Positions 38,163-50,008 of a DNA stretch of 64,000 bases are shown one piece after another. The stretch lies in NCBI RefSeq assembly GCF_009914755.1, contig NC_060945.1. One strand, written 5' to 3'. The stretch comes from the human T2T-CHM13v2.0 reference genome, Homo sapiens. The position numbers were made by a program, and so were the translations under genes. Position 1 is the first letter of the stretch. Each line of letters begins with the position of its first letter. The notes beneath the pieces are model-generated. The model was not told the DNA's origin. It saw only the letters and a list, made by a program, of their open reading frames with translations, and did no database searches.

Positions 38163-39665
38163 GTGCGCAGAGAGTTTTAGCTCTGGGAGGTTTGGTGTCT
38201 TAGGGGAAATCACATTGTCACATGCTCGTGAACAGGTACCCAGGGTTCCAACTGCATCTATAACATTGGGTGGGCCGGCTTCTTACTATACGAGCAGATG
38301 AGCAGGGGACATCGGCACACAGAGATGGTCACGCATGCCTGGGTGGCTTGAGAGAGACGGGCGTGTGACTAGCTGTGCGTGTCCAGGTTTTCACCCGAGG
38401 CAGTGGTTGGCAAACTACAGCCCGTGGGCTAACTCAGGTCCACTCATTATTTATCGCCTTCATCTCAAGAAAGGCAGAATCTTATTTAAATTACAGAAAA
38501 ACCAATTGGTCCAAAATCATACAGGGTTCTGAGGTTACCAGCATCGTCGAAGCTCTTGAAGAGAATTCAGTGGCATATTCTGGAATTTAAAAAGGTGGCA
38601 GAATAAGCAAGCCATCCCCTTAGGGAGCAGGCAGGTGGAGCTGGCAGAGTGCCAGTCTCCTCGCCCATGTGCAGCCTGACGGCACGGCTGTGGCCTTCCC
38701 TGAGCCCTTGTATGGGGAGCACGCACAGTGGCTGCACCTGCCAGGCGAAAATCAGGAGTTGCCACACCTGCCAGGTGAAGATCAGGAGGGTCCTTCCTAC
38801 ATGGGGGACGTTATGGGGGGCTGCCTGGTGTGGCTGTCACAGCTAATAAGGAGGACCTGGGGTGCCAACCTGTGTGTCAGTTGCTGCGTGGGGGTCTCCA
38901 GTAAAGCCGAGTGTTTGGTAGATGAAGGTGGCTCGGTAGACCCAGGTCAGCCAGAACCTGGTGCTGGAGCCTTCCCACTGGCTCGTGCAGGGAGCTGATG
39001 TTGCTCTTGGCTGCCCCTGGCCTTGGTGCCAGCAGGCTGGAAACATCACAGCACGTTTCTGGGTGCCCACTGCTGTCTCAGTGATGCAGAATGCAAAGCC
39101 CTCCCGCCACATGGCCTCCCTGCTGCTCCTCCGAAGGCCAGGCTGGCCCCCGTGCGGGCTCTTTGCTCTGGTCACACCCCGTGCCTGGGAAGGTCCCCAC
39201 AGGTGACCTCGTGCCGCACTCCCTCATGCCGCACTCCCTCGTGCCTTGAGTCTTTGCCCAGATATCATCCTGTCAACAAGACTTCCTGGGACCACCCTGC
39301 TGAGAACGCGTGAACCCTTCCGACTCGGCCTCCAGGCCCCTCTCCCGGGTCTGTTCTCTGGAGCGCTCTCCCCATCCGCAGTGGGATTCGGTGCACTCCT
39401 CTGTTTTGTCTCCTCTGTCTCCTGCCACTGGAACGGAAGCTCCAGGAGGACGGGATTTGCCTGATTCTTTGCTGTATCCCAGTGAACTGAATGAGCTGCT
39501 CCCAGACAGTTAGAATCACAGCCGGGGCCCAGGCGGCTGACTGCACAGTGAGGAGCCAGGCCGGACAGGCCCCAGGCGCCCCCGCCCAGCCCTGGGTGGC
39601 GGGAACCCCAGCTCCACGCTGCTGCTGCTGCGTTTCCTTGTTCTGCGTTTCCTTGTTCTGGCCTT

Positions 39666-39912
39666 GTTCTGAGAAGCGGCGGGCAGGGTGGCCGTTGCCA
39701 TGTGACACACGGCCTGATTCTGAGAAGCGGCGGGCAGGGTGGCCATTGCCATGTCATGTGACACACGGCCTGGTTCTGAGAAGCGGCGGGCAGGGTGGCC
39801 GTTGTCATGCGACACACGGCCTGGTTCTGAGAAGCGGCGGGCAGGGTGGCCGTTGCCATGTCATGTGACACACGGCCTGGTTCTGAGAAGTGGTGGGCAG
39901 GGTGGCTGTTGC
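39666..39912. repeat. Minisatellite with alternating 51/56-bp units, ~4.6 copies
   Basis: TTCTGAGAAG starts at 39667, 39718, 39774, 39825 and 39881. Confidence 0.95.
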
Positions 39913-42245
39913 TCAGAAAGCCACACTTTGGCTTTTGCTGTTCACCAAAGTGAGACCAGACCAGCCTCGTCTCTGCCCTTCATGTTGGTTCCTTCCTTTC
40001 ACTGGATCCAGAGGGGCTTTGAGTGTATTGGGTGGCGGCAGTAGTCACCCCTCTGATCTTCTGTCTTGGGCATCTCAGTAGGAAGTCGGGGGACTGCGGG
40101 GCTGAGCTCAGTTCTGGTTGACGTTGTGACTGTGTGGCCTTCTCTTGGCCTTGTGCCTCAGTGGCCTGCAGTCTGCAATTCGGTCTGACTCTGCTGTGAA
40201 ACCCTGTTCTTAAAGCTAACTTGGCGCTCTACTGGCAACCCCGATTGCTGTTTTAAAAGCAGAAGATCAGCATAAAAAAAGAGAAGGAAATCATGAACTA
40301 GGTGAAAAAACACATTTTTCTTCATATTCTCAAAATGAGAGGGAAGCAGAAGTCTGTGGCTAAGGGTGGAGACCCTGCGTCTGTGAACAGAGGCCACTGC
40401 CCACCACTGCCCCCAAGCAGGTGGAGGGAGGCACAGTTCTGAATGCCTTTGGCCCCTCACAAGGAAGGTGGCACACACACCGGACCCCCTCTGGCCTTCT
40501 GTTAACCTGCACCAAGTCCTGACTGTCCGCGGAGCTGCCACGCCCACCTTGATGGCTGCTGCGTTACACCAGAGGCAGGACCAGGACCTGACTCCTCCAG
40601 GCTCCACTGCCCATCAGTGCCTGCTGCCTGCTCAGTGAATGGTCACCATGGAAACGGCGCTCAGGCCTACCCACCCCCACCACCACGCCTTGGTCATTGT
40701 TCCTTCCATGAGTGAGTGCTGCCCAGCAAGACAAAGTACAGGCTCCAGTGGGAAGGCCACCATGTCAGCCAAGTCCCTTCCCGAAGGAGGTGCCCGCATG
40801 CTTATTCAGTGTCACTGTCCACTCCTTGGCAGTGACTCGGGTGGAGGCGAAACATGACTAATCGTAAATCACCCCTGCCTTCTCCCAAGTGCCACACGGT
40901 TTGTTGACACGGTGTGCGCCTGGGGCGTTCACAGTGCTTAGAATCGCAGAGGTTGCCGTTTCTGTACATTTCATGCAGAGCAATTAAATAGGGCACTGCA
41001 TTTTTCTTCAAGTTAATTTTTATTTATTAAAGTAAAACATAATGTACCTTAGAAGCCAGACAGTCCTACAAGCTTATTATGTTGTACAGCGGCGTTCCGT
41101 CCCCCTCCCCAGCCCTCTCTTTCTAGAGGCAGCCAATTTCAGCTGCCTCTCTCTGCTTACCTACGTATTTCCATGTTTCTTGGTTCATCATCTGAACGTC
41201 ATCAGCTGTGCTCCTCTTACAGAAGAGGGGACCTGGCTCCCTTCCACCCCGACATTGCCCACCCCTCCTCCTCCTCAGTTATACCAGCCATGCTTCTGCC
41301 CTTCACTTTCCAGCCAAGAAACAAACTTTAATTATGCACCCTCAATAGATACATCTTGTTTTTTCCCGGGTAAGTAAACATCTCATCTTTTCCTCTTTTT
41401 CACATTTCCGGCAAAGTTCTTCCTTCCCTGCACCGTGGTCGCCATCCTGCCCTGCCCCACCCCTTTCACGCCATCAGCCTCACTCCGCCCACTGCGCGGC
41501 TTGGCCCCAGAGCACCTGTCACCACGGTGCTGGGAGTCCCCCTCCTCTCTTGCCTGCGACACAGCCCTAGCAGTCTAGACCCCTGTTTACCACTCCTGTG
41601 GTGGAAACTGGCTCCTAGCAGCTTCCTGAGTTAGGGGAGGTGGGTTCTGCAAGCTTACAAGTGCGTGATGGCTGGATTCTGCTCTCGCCTGAGGCAATGT
41701 GGACGTGGAAACACCTTCTCTTCAGAACCCCCGTCTTCCAGCCTCCATTGCTGTCACTGACACGTTCACAGACATTCTGACCCCAGCCCTTGCTTTCTGA
41801 CCTTCTCTTTTTTCTCTTAGATCTCCAGGTTCCCTTCCTTACCCCGGGAGCCTTTCTTCATCCACCGTCCTGGGGCACCTGGTGGCACCTTCAGTCTGGA
41901 AACACCTGCCCTTCACTTTAGGGGAATTGGGCCCCTGTTCGTTTGCTAAGTTTTCCTACCATTTTCTGATTTGTTTTTTCTTTCTGGAAAATGTATTAGT
42001 CAGATGTAGGCTTTTCTGGATTAATCCTTCAACTTTCCTTTCTTTCTTTCCCTTCCTGCCTGTCTCCCTGTTCTTTCTTACACTTTCTCAGGGAGATTCT
42101 TGACTGTATTTTCCAACTTTGTATCGACCATTTTACTTTTCCTGCCATATTTTCAATGTTTACTGATGTTTCTCTGCCCTTTCAGTGCATCCTGTTTTAT
42201 TTCATGTTAGACTGAATCATGTGAAATTGATAACAGGTTTTCAGC

Positions 42246-42278
<33 letters not shown>

Positions 42279-42290
42279 AGAGAGTGTCCT

Positions 42291-42362
42291 GAGGTTCAGC
42301 TTAGTCTTCTGTTGGCTCTCTGGGGGGAGGTTCAACTTAGTCTTCTGTTGGCTCTCTGTGGG
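42291..42362. repeat. 36-bp tandem duplication
   Basis: gaggttcaRcttagtcttctgttggctctctg occurs at 42291 and 42327. Confidence 0.9.
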
Positions 42363-43494
42363 TGCTGTGAGCTCTGGGAATGTTCTCCTCCAGGCTCCCT
42401 CCTGCCAGCTTGCTTGCTTTCACGTTGGGGTGTTCCCCAGACACAGGGCAGACCTAGGTTGCCCCTTCATCACTTCCCATGGAAGAAGGGGCCCTGCATA
42501 GTGGTTTGAAGTCTCTCTGTGGGGACAGTGTGCTGGCTGCTGGTCTCCAGGCAGTGGGACCCTGCGGAACCTGCAGGAGGAGACTCCTTCAGTGCCCAGG
42601 GGAGCCTGGGTCCAGCTGCCAACATCCTTGCCATGGCATGGAAGCTTGGTGGAAGCTGGTGTCTTTCCCCAGATCCCCTGTCGCCTGTTAGGTGAGCATC
42701 CCTGTCCTGCACTGGGCTTAGTGTCCCCACGGGTTAAGCTGCGCTGTCCTGCACGGGGGCGTCAGGAGGAGTCTCTTTATCAGTGAGGATGAGAAAAGAG
42801 ACCTGGGATCCGAGGTGCGGCAGAGGGAATGTAGCTAACAGTTTGTGATAAAAGACTCAACCCATGCACCTTTTTTCTCTTGCTGACCCCCTTCCGTTCC
42901 CACTGCGTTCCTCCTTCCTTGCCTTCCCCCTCCCCTGTCTCTTGGGCTCCGCTGGGCCTCGCTCTGCTCCAGGTGTCCCTGTGCTGTCTCCCTCTGAGGA
43001 TGCTCAGTGGAGCAGGGAACACTGGAGGCTGTGTTAGCTGTCAGCCCTTCTGTGTCCATCTTCCAAAACTACGTGCCCTTCGGTGGGAGGTTTTATCATC
43101 TTTAGAAGTCAGTGATGGTGCAGTTCATGTTGCTTGGGGGTGTGGAGATAACACATGAGTAGCCGACCATGTTTACCTGGAAGTTCTGAGAATTAAAAAA
43201 AAAAACATACAATTGCTCCTGGGATTATAAAATAGTAAGTGCACTTTGTGAACACTTGAAAAAAACAAGTGCCTAGGGCGTGAAAGACCCTGGTTATCTT
43301 ACCTCTCAGAGTTGAATATGTCAGTTCATAGGTTGGTGGAAATTCTTCATGCTTTTTCCCATGCATCTACCAAAACAGGCCATCCTACATGTGTATCAGA
43401 ATTCATTTCAGTCCCTCTTGGTAAAATGCACCAGATGCTACAAAACACATTCTTAAACAGCAGTCCTTGGGCATTTAGGGGGATACGTTATTTG

Positions 43495-43890
43495 TTTTCA
43501 TCATTTAAAAACACATCTTGACATAATTTCAGACTTTGAGAAAGTTGCAGAAATAGTACAAAGAATTCAGACATTTTAGTACATGTGGTTCATCATGCAC
43601 CCCTCGTGTTTTTACACACACACATGCACACACACATATATGCACACACACATGCATAATTTTTCTGAACCACTTAAGAGTAAGATGCACACATGCTGCC
43701 CCTTTCCTCGTAACTATTCAGCATGTACTTCCTAAAAACAAGGAGTTCCATGACAGACCACAGTGCATGATCAGAATCAGAAAGTGAGCATTGAAAGAAT
43801 ATTAGTATCTACAATTCTTATTCAAATTTTACCCAGTTACATTTTTATAGCATAAGAATATCTAAGATTGTGCATTGAATTCAGATTTCC
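43495..43890 (-). mobile_element. L1ME/MC 3' fragment with internal (CA)n
   Basis: ataatttcagactttgagaaagttgcagaaatagtacaaagaa...ctgaaccacttaagagtaagatgcacacatg. Confidence 0.65.
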
Positions 43891-44018
43891 TTACGTGTAC
43901 TCAAGAAAATAATGGGAGTGTTGGATGAAAAGAATGAACATTGCAATGTCAACACACATTTTTAGGATGGTTCTGGGAAAAGGCTGTGCCAGCTCTGCCT
44001 TCCCAGTACGGAGGCGTA

Positions 44019-44235
44019 CAGGTGGAGTATCCTTATCTGAAGTACTTGGGACCAGAAGTGGTTATGTCTTTTTATTTTTTCAGATTGTGGGATATTTGCA
44101 TTACACTGGTTGAGCATCTCAAATCCCAATTCTGAAATGCCCCAGTGAGCATTTCCTTTGAGTGTCAGCACTCAAAAAGTTACAAATTCTAGAGATTTTG
44201 GATTTCAGGTTTTCAGATTTGGAAGGCTCAACCTA
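44019..44235. mobile_element. Tigger4/MER46-type (TcMar-Tigger) MITE
   Basis: TA|caggtggagtatccttatctgaa...ttcagatttggaaggctcaaccta|TA; inverted termini and TA target duplication. Confidence 0.8.
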
Positions 44236-44406
44236 TACTAGGCCTTGTACCCGCTCCCAATCTGATAGGCCAGGATGAGGTAGTGTAGTTCCATATGTGT
44301 TCCTTTCATTGTGAGTGAGGTGTTGAGCCCCATTCTCTGTGGCTGCTAGTTATGTGCTGGGATTTTCTCTAAACAGCACCATGTGTGTCCATTTGCCTGA
44401 TTTCAG

Positions 44407-44504
44407 GAGCAGCCCTGGGCCCCCTGCTGGCTGGGCTCCTCTCCCCGTCCGGCTGGAGCAATGTGTTTTACATGCTGATGTTTGCAGATGCCTGTGCCTT
44501 ACTG
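44407..44504 (+). CDS. SLC37A1: SLC37A1 exon #15 (98 nt): GAALGPLLAGLLSPSGWSNVFYMLMFADACALL
   Basis: tttcag|GAGCA acceptor and CTG|gtaagt donor; phase 1 to 0. Confidence 0.96.
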
Positions 44505-44754
44505 GTAAGTCGGCCTATTTTTAGTCCAATCCACCTTGAATGCAGATCTCTGTGGTTGTGTCCAAACACTGGTGGAACTTTCTCCCATGCATTCCTGAGT
44601 TATCAGAGAGGTTTGGGTCTTCCCATCTTTTCTAAATATGCGTGGTCTAAAGCTCCTTCTCTCTCTGATTAGAAAAAGTCAGAAACAGAAGCAGGACAGT
44701 CTTGCTCTGCAGCCTTGGGCGGGATAGCACAAAGGCCAGGAGCGTGGAGCTCCG

Positions 44755-44915
44755 TGGCTCTAGATCCTGCCTGTCACCTGTCATGTGTGTGACTTGGGCA
44801 GGTTTCGTAACCTCTGCTCCACAGTTTCCACAGCTTTAAAATGGGCATGATAATGGCACCCAGTGACAAGATTGTTGTGGGAATTAAAGCAGATGATACA
44901 CAGAGCCTGGCCTCC
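44755..44915. mobile_element. MIR SINE
   Basis: gtgtgacttgggcaggttt...cagtttccacagctttaaaatgggcatgataat. Confidence 0.75.
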
Positions 44916-45479
44916 CAGTGGTCATCAGTGTCCTGGTGTCCCTCCTGCAGCCATGCTGTCAGACGGCGGGAGCGGCCCCAACTTCTTTCACCTGAAGGGA
45001 TGGGAGAGAATAAAGGAGCAAAGAGGTTGCCAGTGCAGACACTGAGTCGCCTTCTGGCTTCTGCCCCCTTTTCTCTGGGCTCCTGCTTCTGTGCCCTCCT
45101 GTGTTGAGAAAGTTTGAGGTTTTCCCCTGGGTAAGGAAGACCAGTGATGATGTCACAGTCACATAGATGTGCAGCTGTGAGGGGTGCATACACATCTTTA
45201 CAAGTCACCTGGCCACAAAGTCCCCAGACCCACAGCCATGCCTCTCCTCTCACTTCACCAGACAAAACCTTAGGCTGATCCCAATAAAAATGAGTTGAGA
45301 ATTTCAGAAATATCAACTCACTCAATTAAATGAAAGTCTTATATTTTAATTCCAGGAAATTCTAAAACTCAACTTCCCCACCACATACAAAATCAAATAC
45401 CAACTCTCAACCTATGAACTTACTAGGTTTAAGTGGCTGTTCTTTGGATCATCTGTGGGTTCTTTTAATGCCTGAATGT

Positions 45480-47650
45480 TCTAATGAAGCCTCCAGATGG
45501 ATTTCCACTAAGTAGCAGTAAAATTCCTGTCATTACAACTGTTCAGAGAATCTGAAATATCTTCTTTAGAACTATCTGGTAATATATATTGAAAATTGTT
45601 TTGATGCTTAGCCAAACTCATAAGAAAGTAAAGGAACTCCCCAGGAGCCAGAATTGTAAAGGCAATATAAATACACAAGCTCAGGAATCAACGGGTTGGG
45701 GTGGTTGTGCCCACACTGGGTAAGAGACAAGGCGTTAGGCTGGCACAAGATGAAGATTTGGAACTGGAGACTTCGTCATAGAGCCAGGACCCTCGAAGAG
45801 CCATGCTTGCAGTGAAAGAGTATACTAGATGATATCTGCACACTGGCACAGGAAGACAATGGGAATCTGCCCATCTTAGCCAGATTAGGGGGAAGAAATC
45901 TCCCTTGAAAATTTTTAGCCATAGACCTCCCCACAGTCAGCTTTAATCTTTGAGCTTATATAAATATATTTTAAATGAGCAAAGTTGGTCCTTAGGCAGT
46001 GATAATACAGAAGCAAATAGGGACAAATCTCAACCCTGCAGCATAGGATTTCTGTAGCTAACACCCTACAAAAGATGAGCTCACAATCCAAAATAATGAA
46101 ACATAAGGAAGCAATCCACATTGAATGACAGTAACAGACATAAAAAATGGTGGAATTGGACTCCCCCAAAACTGCAGATAAAAGAGTTATGTAAACTAAA
46201 AATAAATATATGCAATGTTACTAATGACATAAGAAAAAGGAACTGACCTCATGAAAAAAAGAACAAGACACTATTGAAAAGACAGAGCAGGCTTCAAAAA
46301 CAACCAAACAGGAGTTATAGAAATGAAAAATGTGATCTTTAGCCTGGAAAAAGACTCAATGGATGGGTTAGAAAAGCAAATTAGATACCGCTGAAGAGAA
46401 GATTACTGAAGTGAAATATAGATATGAAGAAATTATCCAGAATTCAGCACAAAAAGAGAGATGGAAAATATTAGAGAGAAATTAAATATAAAATGGAGGA
46501 CCAAATGAGATGGCCTAAAGTTATCTGAAAGTAATTCCAGAGGAAGATGATAGACTGGATTTGAAGCAATATTTTAAGACAAAATAGCTGAGAATTTTCC
46601 AGATACATGAAAGACAAACATTCTTAGATTCAGGAATCAAATGACTTAGAATTCTGTACCTAGATAAACTTGCACACAAGAGTAAGGGTGAAGTGAAAAC
46701 ATTTTTAACCAAAGATGCTCCCAGCAAAAATTGCTAAACAATGTATTTAGAGAAGGAAGATAGATCCAGAAGGAAAGTCTGAGATGCAAGGAGAAATGCA
46801 AGCAAAAACAAGTGATATTCCTAAGGATGAATCTAAAGGAGTATTGACCATATAAAATAGGGGCCAGCTAACTGTGGCCTATTTTTGTGTGATCCTCCAG
46901 CTGGGAATGGTTTATATTTTTAAATATGTCTTTAAAAAATCAACAAAAGAATGTGCAACAGAAACCATATGGCTGCAAAGCCTGAAATATTTACTATCTA
47001 GACCTTTACAGAAAAAGCTTTCTGACTCTCAGTTTAAAACAACAGCAATAATGACTAATTTGGGCAATATAAAAAAGAACTGAAATACTGAAAATGTAAG
47101 GTACAAGTGGGACAATGAGAGTTCCAGTACACTGCAGTTCTTATGTTGTCAAGCCAATAGCAATAGAATGTGTAACCTTCAAGGCAATACAGGGAAATGA
47201 AGACTTAATCTAAGAGAACCTAGGGTCAGGGGAAGCATAGAAAAAAACAGGGTAAATACAGAAATACAGAGCAACATGGATGAAAATGATCCCAGCATGC
47301 CAGCAACACAGTGACAATAAATGGACTTAAACTCATCAGTTAGGAGCAGAGATTGTCAGGTTGCTTTTAAAAATACAGGCACTGGTTATTTGCAAGAAAC
47401 ACACCTGCTACACTGGAATTCCGAAAAGACAAAAGTAAAAGAATGGGAAACTACACGACAGGTAAATAATAACCAGAGGAAGCCGGATTTGCTGCGTTGG
47501 AAGAAAGAGACCTAAAGCTGAAGCACTTGGGAGACGGGGGCTTGTCGCAGTGGAGAAGGAACTATACCAGGATGTGCAGCAGGTCCGTGAGCTTGAGTTG
47601 GGCTTTTCAAACCTAAGAACTAGACATACCTTTTTCTCTTCACTGATCAA
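45480..47650 (+). mobile_element. Ancient L1M 5'/ORF1 to early ORF2 remnant, interrupted by MER58
   Basis: A-rich ORF1-like text (ctcaatggatgggttag...gctgaagagaagattactgaa...gaaattatccagaa); endonuclease-like aatggacttaaactc...tttgcaagaaacacac; boundaries approximate. Confidence 0.6.
46858..47032. mobile_element. MER58 (hAT-Charlie) remnant
   Basis: cagaaaccatatggctgcaaagcctgaaatatttactatctagacctttacagaaaaag. Confidence 0.75.
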
Positions 47651-49100
47651 CATGCTTTTTGGTATCTTTTCACCAAAATAGACAAGTGTTTCCTCCCGAG
47701 TCTGGAGCTGAGAACCTCCATGATCTGAGCAGGTGTCCTGGGGGGCCAGAGGGCACCATGCTTCCTGCCTCACAACGCACACTGATGGCCAGCTCCAGGG
47801 CCTGCAGGACTGCCTGGCGCACGACCGAAGGCCTCAGGTCTCCAGTGCGTGTCGCCTGGGCTCCTGGAGTTGGTAGGGCCCCTCCTTGTTGGTCATTCTT
47901 GCATGCGTGAGCCAAACACGTGGGCATGTTTTGAAATTGGATCTCTGTTCTTCAGAACTGTCACCATTTACAGTTCATCCCGTACCCACAGATAACACTT
48001 GCTACTATATTCTTCATCTTTTTCTCTCTTAATGATCAGCTTTTCATAATCATAGGCCTCTTTGGGCTAGCACTTTTCATACATCACACTTGGCAGGATG
48101 TAGATGTGGGTAAGGTACCAGCTCAAACACAATAAGCCTGTGCCGGTAGTTGGAGCTAGAGGTTCAGATTCACACAGATGGATTTATTTAACAAAAATCT
48201 TGCTATTGTCACCAGCACTATTGTTCGTACCTGCCGTGTTCCCACGACCTTTACCACCTAATTGTCGCAAACACCTTTCATGCACCAAGCAGAGCAGCTG
48301 GATGCATCTTATCTGTAGGAGGGGCCCCTGTTCTCTCCAGCTTGAACTCACCTCATACAAGGGACTCCTAAGCTCCTACTTGAACCACAAGCACCTAAGA
48401 AAATAGAAGAGTTTCTGCCTTCTAGAGCTCTGGCCTGAGGCTTGGTGGTGGGGCCATGTGTTTGGTTTTTAAGTAGCCCCTCGAGACCCTCCAGCACCCC
48501 TTCCCTGCCTCCCCTGGACCAGTGATCCACCCTGGGTCTGAGGGCATCTGCTGCCCTCTAAGAACGAGGGGCCACGTCCAGGGAGAGCCCTCCTGTGGGC
48601 TGATGTCCCACTTGGGGAGAGACTGGATCCACACTGGAAAATGCACTAGTTAAATTGGAGGTAGCACAATCATTTGTCTGGATTTGTAGGCTGGCGTTGA
48701 GCCCTCAAACATGTGAAGGGCACGGAGTTAAAGCTCTGGGTCCGGCGAGGAGCCAAGGCTGAGGCAGTGATGTTGGTGGAAAGCCCTGGGCCCCGGCCAG
48801 GCCTGGCCTCCAAGGGGCTCCCAGTGGGGTGCGGCTGTCCTGTGACAGCCTCTTCAGACCCCAGGGCTGGCGCCAGAGGAAGTGCTCACCTGGCTTTAGA
48901 GTCACCTGAGAAGCTCGCAGGTCCACCCACTGGGCCACCCGCATTATGGTCCTCTTGTCTTTATTTCCTTTTTCCCACTGTGGACATTTCATGATTGGAT
49001 TAATTTTAGTCTAAACGTGACTTGAACCCAGAAGTAGTTCAGGCTGCATCTCTCCCAAAAGCCTTGTTTTCAGGGCAGCTCCTGGTTCTTCGTGGGCCTT

Positions 49101-49197
49101 CATCAGACAGCCCTGCCCTCATCAGACAGCCCTGCCCTCATCAGACAGCCCTGCCCTCATCAGACAGCCCTGCCCACATCAGACAGCCCTGCCCACA
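49101..49197. repeat. 19-bp minisatellite, 5 copies
   Basis: catcagacagccctgcccW occurs at 49101, 49120, 49139, 49158 and 49177. Confidence 0.95.
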
Positions 49198-49383
49198 GGA
49201 GCCCAGGCCTCCGGCTGAGCATGCAAGCCCCGCTGCTCTTGCAGGGAGGCCACCCCAGGGAAGGTGCTGTGGGGAGAGAGCCACCCGCCCAGGCCTTGCG
49301 GGCCAGGTCCTCATGGTGCCCACGGCGCGGGCCGCCCTGTGCCTGCTCCAGTAACAGGTGGGCTCACCTTTGTTTTGGTGCAG

Positions 49384-49448
49384 TTCCTGATCCGCCTCAT
49401 ACACAAGGAGCTGAGCTGCCCAGGGTCAGCTACGGGGGACCAAGTTCC
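49384..49448 (+). CDS. SLC37A1: SLC37A1 exon #16 (65 nt): FLIRLIHKELSCPGSATGDQVP
   Basis: gtgcag|TTCCTG acceptor and TTCC|gtaagt donor; phase 0 to 2. Confidence 0.94.
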
Positions 49449-49992
49449 GTAAGTCCCACTCGGGCCCTGTCTCCGTGCGTGAAAGCCGGCTCCAAAGTGC
49501 CTTCTGTCCTATCTGCCTTCCGCACCTGGCTTTCCTGAAAGAAAGAAAACGCGTGGCTTATCTTTTCACGGCACGCCACCTTCACTCTCGCTTTTTCTTT
49601 GCTAATAAATACCTCCGGATGGGTTAGTGGTAATCTCTCCTCAAACCCTGAGTGGAAAATGTGAGGGAATTGCCGTCTTTGGCATTCTGTTGGAGCTGCA
49701 GCCCCCCGAGCTCTCCTTGCCTTCCTGCTCGCCCCCTTCTCCCTCCCTCCTCTTTTCCCTCCCCCCTTGGTCCTCCCTCGCTCCCTTCTCACTTCTTCCT
49801 GGCCCCCAGAAGGCTGCGGGAAAGGTGCAAGGGTTTATCCAGCATCCAGCACCCCTGCAGGAGAGGAATCCCTGCTGGGCCGGGAGGGCAGCTGGCTCCC
49901 CATGGGATTTGCACATGGTGTGTGAAGTTCAGCATCTCTTGCTGAGCCACTGCTGGCTGTTAGAGCAGCTCTTCTTTCAACCTTTCTTTCAG

Positions 49993-50008
49993 ATTTAAGG
50001 AACAGTGA
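49993..50008 (+). CDS. SLC37A1: SLC37A1 terminal exon, coding part (16 nt): FKEQ*
   Basis: ctttctttcag|A TTT AAG GAA CAG TGA completes the phase-2 codon and reaches the stop. Confidence 0.92.

Noticed and set aside
42245-42280. Processed pseudogene or retrocopy tail (A-run)
   Set aside because: No upstream AATAAA, TSD or recognisable mRNA body; the upstream sequence looks like old antisense LINE
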